Virus record (IMG/VR): IMGVR_UViG_3300034965_000017
Coordinates: 1 to 41,183 of that record
Origin: a virus
Lineage: Duplodnaviria > Caudoviricetes
Reading direction: 5' to 3' (one strand)
Length of the DNA: 41,183 nucleotides
Shown here one piece after another: positions 26,863 to 34,547 of this stretch; positions within the stretch are counted from its first letter, which is position 1; each line of letters starts with the position of its first letter. Under the pieces are notes generated by a model, which saw only the letters and a list, made by a program, of their open reading frames with translations, ran no database searches and had not been told where the DNA came from. The position numbers were made by a program, and so were the translations under genes.

Positions 26863-27522
26863 ATGCCCAACACCACGTACCTCTCTCTGCCATACCCAGG
26901 GCTGGGTGATGCACCCAACGGTCCCAGCGCTGTCCAGCAGCTGGCGGCACGCATGGAGGTACTGCAGTCGGGGATCGTTCCTGTCGCAAACCAGGCCGCG
27001 CGGGACGCACTGACGCCCATCAAGGGGTTGCGGGTGGACCGGGCCGACCTTGACCGTGTCGAACGGTACAGCGGGTCTCTCTGGCAGCCCATCAGTGGGA
27101 AGCTGCCGCACCGCTCACTGCTGCGCAACGGCACACCGACGATTGCATCTAGCACCGATGTACTACTCACCTCCGGGTGGCTCTCCGACGCGGACGACGC
27201 TGGCGACGCGTGCGGGATCACCTACTCAGGCGGGGTGCTGACGGCGGGCTTCACCGGCTGGTACTCGATCAACGCGACGTACGACTTCAGCGGGATCAAC
27301 GCCACCGGGTCCCGCCTGATCAGGGTGATGCGAAACGGGGGACAGCTTCTGGAGGGCGGCTGCGGCGGGCACATCGCGCGGGAACTGGCAAACGTGGCGC
27401 GCAGGGTCAAGCTCACCGCGGGCGACACGCTGCAGCTCCAGGTCTACCAAAGCTCAGGTGTCAGCGCCGCCATCGCCGCTGGTGACTCCTACTGGCAGGT
27501 TTCCTACCTCAACCCTGCCTGA
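26863..27522 (+). CDS. Minor tail protein with C1q-like C-terminus
   Basis: LPYP..DAP N-terminus; GWYSINA...LTAGDTLQLQVYQ. Confidence 0.72.
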   Translation: MPNTTYLSLPYPGLGDAPNGPSAVQQLAARMEVLQSGIVPVANQAARDALTPIKGLRVDRADLDRVERYSGSLWQPISGKLPHRSLLRNGTPTIASSTDVLLTSGWLSDADDAGDACGITYSGGVLTAGFTGWYSINATYDFSGINATGSRLIRVMRNGGQLLEGGCGGHIARELANVARRVKLTAGDTLQLQVYQSSGVSAAIAAGDSYWQVSYLNPA

Positions 27523-27568
27523 CCTTCCACAACCCCCTGACTGCACGCCCAACCCGTAGGAGCACCCC

Positions 27569-29131
27569 ATGTGGATGAGTCATTCGAACGTCGCCGGAGT
27601 CGTCACCGTCGCCGACAGTGCGTTCTACGGAGGATGGGACACCCTCGGCTGGGTCGTCGCCGCCGCACCTGTCGGACCGCCCGTCCCTGACGCCGGCTGG
27701 CCAGTATCCAAAGGCGAGGTCGACGGCCTGGTCGACGGCAAAATCGTGGCCGAACGGACAACCGAGCGGGCACGAGACTCTGCCACGTATGCGCTGATCG
27801 ACGGGCGCATCGTCGTGGCCGCACCGATCGGCACCGGAGGCTCCGACACGGCCCCTATCGTCGCCGCAATCGCAGCCGCGAAGGCCGCTGGAGGGCGTCA
27901 GGTCATTCAACTCCAGCGTGGTGTCTACAGCGTGAACCCCGGTGCGCTGGTGCTCGACTTCAACAACGTGACCCTGCGCGGCTTCGGCATCGGCGCAACC
28001 CAGATCAACAAGACCGGCAACGGCGACCTCATCACCATCACCTGCGCCACCGGGGACGCAGGTGTGGTGGAGCGCGCCCAGGTCACCGACATGCGCATCG
28101 ACGGCAAGGACTTCACGGGCAACCTGATCCGGTCCATGTACTCCAGCCAGTGCCACATCAAGAACGTGGAGTGCTACGCCAACAACGACGCCGCGATCAA
28201 CCTCGTCCGGGCATGGGACACCGTCCTTGACGACGTGCTCCTTGACCACTGCGGCTCCACGGACGGCACCATCTCGTCCCTGTGGATTCGCAACAGTGGC
28301 GCGGCTTCCGGCACCGGACTCTCGGCGGCTGGGCAGACCAACATGATCTACGTGCGGGCCTTGCGCGTCGAGTCGTTCCGCTCCGCGATCACCGTCGAAC
28401 GTGGCCCCGGCTCGGGCGTTGACCCCTACGGCATCTACTTCCACGGCCTCAAGTGTGAGACGTACTTCGCGCGGCTCAACACCGTCAACGTCATCAACGT
28501 CCGTGGTATCAGTTTCCGTGACGTTGACCTGTCCCTACTCGGGCTCGACAGTGGCGCGGCAGCCGTCGTCGGCTTCAACTGGGCACCGCTGTTCCGGTCC
28601 AAACTGGACGGTATCCGCATCAACTCCAACACCGGAGTCATCTACCGGGCCATCGACTCCTGGCTCCCCGGCTCGGGCTCCCATGAGATCGCCAACGTCT
28701 CATCTGAGACCAGCGCCCCCGGCGACTGCGTCATCAAGCACAACACCGCCAACCCTGCCGACATCCGAGGCTGCACCACCCAGTCAGGAACCTTGCACGG
28801 CGGCACCCCGCCCGCAGGCATTGACGGCTCGGTACGGACCAACGCCCAGGCCGCGAACTACACCCTCACCGCAGCGGACAACAACAGCGTGGTGGAGTTC
28901 ACCAAGGCCACCGCAGGCACCATCACCATCCCGCCCAACAGCGCCGTGCCGTACCAGATCGGCGCGACCATCGAGGTCCAGCAGTACGGCGCGGGACAGG
29001 TCACTCTCACCCCCGGTGCTGGGGTCACGATCCGCACGGCGTCATCCCTGACCACCCGCGCGCTCTACTCCACCGTGTCGCTTCGCAAGAGGGCCACAGA
29101 CGAGTGGGTCGCAGCAGGTGATTTGAGTTGA
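27569..29131 (+). CDS. Tail fibre/spike with pectate-lyase-like beta-helix
   Basis: GSDTAPIVAAIAAA..GG.VIQLQRGVY..NVTLRGFG; C-terminal YTLTAAD...WVAAGDL module. Confidence 0.75.
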   Translation: MWMSHSNVAGVVTVADSAFYGGWDTLGWVVAAAPVGPPVPDAGWPVSKGEVDGLVDGKIVAERTTERARDSATYALIDGRIVVAAPIGTGGSDTAPIVAAIAAAKAAGGRQVIQLQRGVYSVNPGALVLDFNNVTLRGFGIGATQINKTGNGDLITITCATGDAGVVERAQVTDMRIDGKDFTGNLIRSMYSSQCHIKNVECYANNDAAINLVRAWDTVLDDVLLDHCGSTDGTISSLWIRNSGAASGTGLSAAGQTNMIYVRALRVESFRSAITVERGPGSGVDPYGIYFHGLKCETYFARLNTVNVINVRGISFRDVDLSLLGLDSGAAAVVGFNWAPLFRSKLDGIRINSNTGVIYRAIDSWLPGSGSHEIANVSSETSAPGDCVIKHNTANPADIRGCTTQSGTLHGGTPPAGIDGSVRTNAQAANYTLTAADNNSVVEFTKATAGTITIPPNSAVPYQIGATIEVQQYGAGQVTLTPGAGVTIRTASSLTTRALYSTVSLRKRATDEWVAAGDLS

Positions 29132-29832
29132 GCAACCTCCTTCTGAGGCGTGGCGTCAACGCCAGCAAGCGTGTGGTCTCGGCGGTCGTCGTGGACTCCG
29201 CAACACTGGGCTTGGGCGCGCACTACATGAACCTGCCCTCAGGGCCGTCCTACGCGAGCACCCCGTCATCCTCAGCGATGGCCCCCGGCTCCGCGACTGT
29301 GGATCTGCGCGCCAAGATCCGCATGACCGACTGGACCCCCGCAGGCAACCAGTTCGTCCTGGCCAAGTGGAACAGCGGCCCCGACACGCAGTACGGGATG
29401 CACGTTGATTCGGCAGGCAAGGTCAACGGCACGTTCTACCGCGCCGGGGCCGTGTTCACAGGGGCCGCGTCCAGTGTCGCAACCGGGATCACGGACGCAA
29501 CCGACCGCTGGATCAGGACCGTCCTCAACCCGACTGCGGGCACCATCGACTACTACACGTCAGCCGATGCCTCGTCGTGGACCGCGCTGGGCACACAGCA
29601 GGCACCCGGCGCTGGAGCAGTCCAGACACCCGGCACCCCGCAACCCCTCACCGCAGGCTCGTTGGGCAGCGGAGGCGGCACCCTCATCGGCAGGATCTAC
29701 GCCGTACACCTACTCATCGGCGGGGCCACCGTCGCAGCAGTGGACTTCTCCACCCAGGCCGCAGCAGCCACATCGTTTGCTGGCCTGACCGCCGAGACGT
29801 GGACCATCCAAGGCTCCGCGACCATCATCTGA
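29128..29832 (+). CDS. LamG/ConA-like tail-associated protein
   Basis: Beta-sandwich pattern; TTGA-coupled. Confidence 0.6.
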   Translation: MSNLLLRRGVNASKRVVSAVVVDSATLGLGAHYMNLPSGPSYASTPSSSAMAPGSATVDLRAKIRMTDWTPAGNQFVLAKWNSGPDTQYGMHVDSAGKVNGTFYRAGAVFTGAASSVATGITDATDRWIRTVLNPTAGTIDYYTSADASSWTALGTQQAPGAGAVQTPGTPQPLTAGSLGSGGGTLIGRIYAVHLLIGGATVAAVDFSTQAAAATSFAGLTAETWTIQGSATII

Positions 29833-29880
29833 CCCCGGCCCATATGTCCCGGAAGTGCGCTAGCTGAACGACCCCTCCTT

Positions 29881-29914
29881 GAGCCCCTCCGCGTCTGCGA
29901 TGAGGGGCTCTTTT
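29881..29914 (+). terminator. Rho-independent terminator
   Basis: gagcccctc / gaggggctc followed by tttt. Confidence 0.75.
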
Positions 29915-29954
29915 ATAACCCGATCCAACCCGCGCCCCACCAAAGGAGGACGCC

Positions 29955-30584
29955 ATGACGGGAATCGAACCATCATCCATCCTTCCGGACCAGGGTCGGC
30001 CAGACCCGAGCCGTCTGAGTAGTGAGGCGATCGTGCGCGCGGTCTCCGCCGAACGCGACTACCAGAATGGACAGACCGACGTTCTGCGGGCCCGACTGAA
30101 CGGCATGGATGAAGCCACCAGGGTCCTGCACGAGACCGTGACCCGCACCCCCACCGACATCCAAAAGGCCATCACCCACCTCCAGGAGCTGCACAGCGAA
30201 CGATTCTCCTCGGTAGAGACCCAGTTCAAAGAACGCGACACCCGCGGTGAGCGGGAGGCACGCGACAACAAGCTTGCCGTCGATGCCGCATTCGCCGCCC
30301 AGGAGAAGCAAGCCGCAGCGCAGGACGTCTCCAATAAGGAAGCGATCAACAAGAGCGAGAAGTCCACCGCTGAGACGATCAAGACGAACCAGGAACTGGG
30401 TAAGGCCACCACTGACGCACTGACGAAAAGCCTCGACGAGGTCAAGCTGGCAGTCGCCCAGATCAACGCGGGGAAACAGGGCGGCAAGGACACGCTGAAC
30501 GGCATCTACGCCCTGGCAGGGTTCCTCGTTTCCCTCCTGCTCCTCGGTGGGTTCCTCGTTGCGACCGGAGCATTCAACGGTTAA
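29955..30584 (+). CDS. Coiled-coil protein with C-terminal TM (lysis region)
   Basis: AAAGGAGG RBS; heptad pattern; single C-terminal TM. Confidence 0.75.
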   Translation: MTGIEPSSILPDQGRPDPSRLSSEAIVRAVSAERDYQNGQTDVLRARLNGMDEATRVLHETVTRTPTDIQKAITHLQELHSERFSSVETQFKERDTRGEREARDNKLAVDAAFAAQEKQAAAQDVSNKEAINKSEKSTAETIKTNQELGKATTDALTKSLDEVKLAVAQINAGKQGGKDTLNGIYALAGFLVSLLLLGGFLVATGAFNG

Positions 30585-30644
30585 CCATCCGGCCCCCACT
30601 GATCCACCGCCACCTGGTCCAGAACACCGCCAGGTGGCGGTGCC

Positions 30645-30854
30645 ATGTCCATCACCGAATTCAAGGAGCAAGCCATGGGCGAGACCACGCCCGAATCATC
30701 CGCTGAGGCACTGGACGCCGGCGACCATCCCGACGAGGCACTCCAGCTGGAGCACGACGACGCAGACCTGACCGGAGACCCGATCCCCGAGGACGCCGGA
30801 CCGCTCCCCGAGCTCGAGCAGGACCAGTCCAACCCACCCGAGGAGCTCGGATGA
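30645..30854 (+). CDS. Very acidic 69-aa protein
   Basis: ATGA-coupled to the endolysin; alternative start at 30675 with AAGGAG. Confidence 0.55.
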   Translation: MSITEFKEQAMGETTPESSAEALDAGDHPDEALQLEHDDADLTGDPIPEDAGPLPELEQDQSNPPEELG

Positions 30855-31402
30855 GCTACAACACGGCGCAGGCTGCCACCGCACTGCGCAAGCTGGGCTT
30901 CCGCATCCGCACCACCGGCGAGTACCACCAAGCGGTCCGGACCTTCCAGGGCGGCTACAACCTCGGCGCATGGCTCGCGCTGGATGGTGTCTGCGGCCCG
31001 AAGACCCAGGCCGCGATCGCCCGCTGCGTAGCCAACGGCGGCAGGGCCTCGGCTCACTTCTTCTGGACCGAGTGGAAGTGCACCTGTGGCGGCCGCTTCT
31101 CCTCCTGCCGGCGAGTTCTGGTCGACAGAAATCTCCTGCGACGCCTGGAGGCATACCGAAGCGCAGTCGGGTCCGTTGCCATCGTCTCCGGCTACCGCTG
31201 TCCTGGCCGCAACCATGAAGTCGGTGGAGTCAGCGGGAGCCGCCACCTCCTGGGACAGGCAGCAGACATCCGCGGCCGGCTCAAGCTCTCCTCGATGCAG
31301 CGCTTCGGCTTCAACGGCAACGGCGTCCAAGGCTCGACTGGCCTTGTTGTCCACGTAGATGTGCGCCCCACCCGAGTGCGGCCCTGGACATACCGATGGT
31401 GA
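30851..31402 (+). CDS. Endolysin: peptidoglycan-binding domain plus M15 Zn peptidase
   Basis: AVRTFQ..LALDGVCGPKT; SGYRC..N..VGG..SRH..G.AADI..VHVDVR. Confidence 0.9.
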   Translation: MSYNTAQAATALRKLGFRIRTTGEYHQAVRTFQGGYNLGAWLALDGVCGPKTQAAIARCVANGGRASAHFFWTEWKCTCGGRFSSCRRVLVDRNLLRRLEAYRSAVGSVAIVSGYRCPGRNHEVGGVSGSRHLLGQAADIRGRLKLSSMQRFGFNGNGVQGSTGLVVHVDVRPTRVRPWTYRW

Positions 31403-31644
31403 CCCGCCCGGAACGGATCGAGACGGCATGTGAGGTCATGCACGACGCGTACGAAAAGGCCGCAGTCGGAGCCGGCTGGCAGACCCAGGAGGCCAGCCGT
31501 AAGCCCTGGTCAGGTGTCCCCGAGGCGAACAAGGTCACGATGCGCGCAGCTGTAGCCGCACTCATGGACCACCTCGAGACTGCATCAGTCTGGTCTGACC
31601 TCCAGGTCCACCCGGACGACATGCGCCAAGAAGGCCAGCCGTGA
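31396..31644 (+). CDS. Hypothetical protein, 82 aa
   Basis: HDAYE..A...GW.T...PW..VPE.NK pattern; overlaps both neighbours. Confidence 0.65.
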   Translation: MVTRPERIETACEVMHDAYEKAAVGAGWQTQEASRKPWSGVPEANKVTMRAAVAALMDHLETASVWSDLQVHPDDMRQEGQP

Positions 31645-32399
31645 CCTTCACACTGACCTACCCAGCCCTGGGCCGCGGCGCATGGCCGGCTAGCGGTCTC
31701 GGCGGCACCCTGAACGTTGCCGGCACCAGGCCCGGGAACTACTACCGGGCGCCAACCATCGCAGGTGTGAAGATGCCCGGACTGACCGGCGCCCTGGCCG
31801 TATGGCACGGAACCAGCTGCGACATTAACGACTACGCGGTGCACCGGGCCGTCCTGGGCCTACAGCCGTACTTCGGCGCCGTACCGGACGGGATCCTCGG
31901 CCCAGCTACGAGTCTGGCGATCCGCGCCTACCAGAAGGCGCACGGCCTGGCGATGGATGCCGCGATCGGTCCAGCGACCTGCCGGACACTGTTCGAGCAG
32001 ATCGCCGTTGACGCATCCGAGAGGATGGACGCCGCCCACGCCAACATGCTGTGCGGGATCGTCGTCGGCACGATCAGCATCGAGTCCGGGTTTGACCTCG
32101 GAGCGGTCGGAGTTGATACACCGCAGGATCTGGGAATCGCACAGATCAACGGGCCCGCCCATCCGAGCATGGCCGCGGCCTCCCGCCTGGACCCAGCGAT
32201 CGCAATCCCCTGGATGACGTGGTTCATCGACGGGAACCTGCGCGAGTTCCGGTACGACATCGACGCCGCGATCGCGGCATACAACCTTGGCGTCGCCGGC
32301 GCCTGGGCATGGGTCAGAGCGGGCTCACCCCAGTGGTTCCGCGGCCGAGACGTCAGAGCCTACGTAGCCAAGATCAAGAAAGCAGGACAGCCACAATGA
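31641..32399 (+). CDS. Endolysin: peptidoglycan-binding domain plus lytic transglycosylase (SLT-like)
   Basis: DGILGPAT..AIRAYQ; IESGFD, GIAQIN, AAYNLG. Confidence 0.88.
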   Translation: MTFTLTYPALGRGAWPASGLGGTLNVAGTRPGNYYRAPTIAGVKMPGLTGALAVWHGTSCDINDYAVHRAVLGLQPYFGAVPDGILGPATSLAIRAYQKAHGLAMDAAIGPATCRTLFEQIAVDASERMDAAHANMLCGIVVGTISIESGFDLGAVGVDTPQDLGIAQINGPAHPSMAAASRLDPAIAIPWMTWFIDGNLREFRYDIDAAIAAYNLGVAGAWAWVRAGSPQWFRGRDVRAYVAKIKKAGQPQ

Positions 32400-32794
32400 G
32401 TACGAAAACCATTGCCACAATGAACACCAAGACCATCTTCGGCCGAGAGCCGGCTGTGGCGATCGCACTGATCGAGTCAGGACTCGCCCTCGCGGTCCTG
32501 CTCTTCCTCCATTGGTCGAGCGAGCAGACCGCCCTGGTCATGGCCACGGTCGTCGCCAGCTTCGGCCTCTACACGGCCTGGGTGACCAAGGACACGATGC
32601 TCGGCGTGGTCGTCGGCCTGACCAAGGCAGTCATCGCCCTGGCGATCGGCTTCGGATTCCACCTCTCGCCAGATGTAACCGCGGCACTGATCGCCTTCGT
32701 CGCCGTCCTGATGGGTGCGTTCAACCGTCAGAGCACCCAGCCCTTCATCCCCTACGCGAAAGGACTGCGCGGCGTCACCACCAGCGGCGTCTAG
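32396..32794 (+). CDS. Holin (4 TM)
   Basis: IFGREPA start motif; four hydrophobic segments; follows the endolysins. Confidence 0.8.
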   Translation: MSTKTIATMNTKTIFGREPAVAIALIESGLALAVLLFLHWSSEQTALVMATVVASFGLYTAWVTKDTMLGVVVGLTKAVIALAIGFGFHLSPDVTAALIAFVAVLMGAFNRQSTQPFIPYAKGLRGVTTSGV

Positions 32795-32800
32795 TCGCTC

Positions 32801-33286
32801 ATGACCGCCATCCCGGAGGAACCTGCCACCCGGTTCATCCACCGCATCCAGTTCAGCCACGGCGCGATCGAGATCACCTACCTCGAGCATGCCGAGGTCC
32901 GAGAGGGCGGCAAGTCCCACATGCAGCACGTCCTGACCCTGACCCGTGTCTCGCATCCCAACCTGATTGCAGCCTTCGCTCACGCGACGAACCAGCTCCT
33001 CGATGGAGCGCTGCAGGACTGGACCGAGACCGACACAAGCGAGGACGGCCCGGACCTAGCGATCGTCACCAAGACCAGCGTTAAGTCCCTGCTCACACCA
33101 CGAGAGACGGACGTCCTGGAGCTCCTGGCCGCCGGCGACTCAACACCCACGATCGCCAGACGGCTCTTCATCACCACCGCAACAGCGAAGAGTCACGTCA
33201 CCTCGACCTACGGCAAGCTCGGCGCCCACAACCGAGCCTCCGCAGTCATGGCGGCAGTCCGCCTCGGACTCATTGCCCCCAGCTAG
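32801..33286 (+). CDS. LuxR-type HTH transcriptional regulator
   Basis: LTPRETDVLELLAAG....IARRLFIT..TAKSHV...YGKLG..NR. Confidence 0.88.
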   Translation: MTAIPEEPATRFIHRIQFSHGAIEITYLEHAEVREGGKSHMQHVLTLTRVSHPNLIAAFAHATNQLLDGALQDWTETDTSEDGPDLAIVTKTSVKSLLTPRETDVLELLAAGDSTPTIARRLFITTATAKSHVTSTYGKLGAHNRASAVMAAVRLGLIAPS

Positions 33287-33288
33287 CC

Positions 33289-33325
33289 GAAACGCCCCTC
33301 CTGTCAGACCAGGAGGGGCGTTTTC
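33289..33325 (+). terminator. Rho-independent terminator
   Basis: aaacgcccctcctg / caggaggggcgttt followed by t. Confidence 0.8.
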
Positions 33326-33420
33326 GTGCTCAAACCACTGACCGATAACGAAGATTCAACGTCCAAGGCCACGAGCGACCCGCCCGTGGCCTTTCTCATG
33401 CCCCAACGAAAGCCGAACCG

Positions 33421-34236
33421 ATGAGCCACCCCATCCCCCTGACCGATCCCCTCTCGATCGCCTGGATCGACTGGTGCCGCAACGAGCACGTCCCCCCGAA
33501 CACCATCTCCCGCCGGATCGCGACCCTTCGATCCCTCGGCAACGCCGGAACAGCGACCCGCGAGGACGTCGAAGCGTGGTGGGCCGGCCGCACCAACCTG
33601 GCCCCAGCTAGCCGTGCCAACGACCTGGCGGGCATCCGCAGCTTCCTCAAGTGGTGCCGGCGCTGGGAACATCGCAGTGACGACCCGACTCTTCGCATCG
33701 ACCCGCCGCACGTACCTGCCGGACTCCCGCACCCCATGGCCAAGCACGACCTGCAGCTCGCCCTGGACACCTTCCCCGCGGACCTGCGCCGAGCCGTATG
33801 CATGGGCGCATACGCCGGACTCCGCATCTCCGAGGCCGCAGCCCTCGACTGGGCCCAGCTCGACGTCGAGGCACGGACGCTCCGGGTCCTGCACGGCAAA
33901 GGCCACGCAGGCGGCAAGGAGAGGCTCATCGCGATCTCTCCGGTCCTGATCGACCAGCTGCTGCCCGACGTCGGAGGCAACGTCGTCTCGGCTGGCCACC
34001 AGCCCTACTCCTCGGCGTCGCTGCAGCGCCGAATCAACAGGGCGTTCGAGCGGGCAGGGATCCACGGGACCTCCCATGGGCTCCGTCACCGGTACGGGAC
34101 TATGGCCTATCAGGCGACCGGAGACCTGCTCGCGGTCGGCCGCATGATGGGCCATCAGAGCCCGGTGACCACTGCGATCTACGCCGACCCGAGCAACGAC
34201 ATCGCGGTCAAGATTGCCGCGGCTGTGGTGCGGTAG
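33421..34236 (+). CDS. Second tyrosine recombinase (short Int/XerC-like)
   Basis: GLRISEA, HGKG, HGLRHRYGT, MMGH, TAIY. Confidence 0.92.
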   Translation: MSHPIPLTDPLSIAWIDWCRNEHVPPNTISRRIATLRSLGNAGTATREDVEAWWAGRTNLAPASRANDLAGIRSFLKWCRRWEHRSDDPTLRIDPPHVPAGLPHPMAKHDLQLALDTFPADLRRAVCMGAYAGLRISEAAALDWAQLDVEARTLRVLHGKGHAGGKERLIAISPVLIDQLLPDVGGNVVSAGHQPYSSASLQRRINRAFERAGIHGTSHGLRHRYGTMAYQATGDLLAVGRMMGHQSPVTTAIYADPSNDIAVKIAAAVVR

Positions 34237-34268
34237 GCCGCTAGCCTGAGCCTGTCCCTCCAGACATG

Positions 34269-34303
34269 AAGCCCGCCACCCTGGCCTCAGGGCGGCGGGC
34301 TTT
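34269..34303 (+). terminator. Rho-independent terminator after recombinase 2
   Basis: aagcccgccaccctg / cagggcggcgggctt followed by t. Confidence 0.75.
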
Positions 34304-34345
34304 GTCGCGCCCGAGGTGACCCGTCACCGCTAGACGGGGCCGACC

Positions 34346-34547
34346 GGAGACCGGCTGACCCGGCGCGACACGCCGCCCAACAGCCATGCCTACCAAGACC
34401 TTGACAGACTCGGTACGCTCGGCGGTGTTCTCGGAGGCGCCTTTCCTCCGGAGGTTGGCGTCGAGCAGCACAAAGGCTTTTCACTGATCATTGCTTGGCT
34501 TGGTGGGTGTGCGGTGGTGGTGTCGCAGGCCGGGTCAGCCGGTCTCC
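34346..34547. repeat. 19-bp perfect inverted repeats (34346-34364 and 34529-34547) around a 164-bp spacer
   Basis: GGAGACCGGCTGACCCGGC and its reverse complement; extends by GCGACAC with a 2-nt indel. Confidence 0.9.

Noticed and set aside
33408-33420. GAAAGCCGAACCG, inverted near-copy of 835-847, as ends of an inserted element
   Set aside because: 12/13 match, but both sit just before start codons and resemble the pilin RBS context; too short to distinguish from shared translation signals or chance.
34401-34430. Sigma-70 promoter from TTGACA
   Set aside because: No TAnnnT hexamer at 16-18 bp spacing; kept only as a note in the IR finding.
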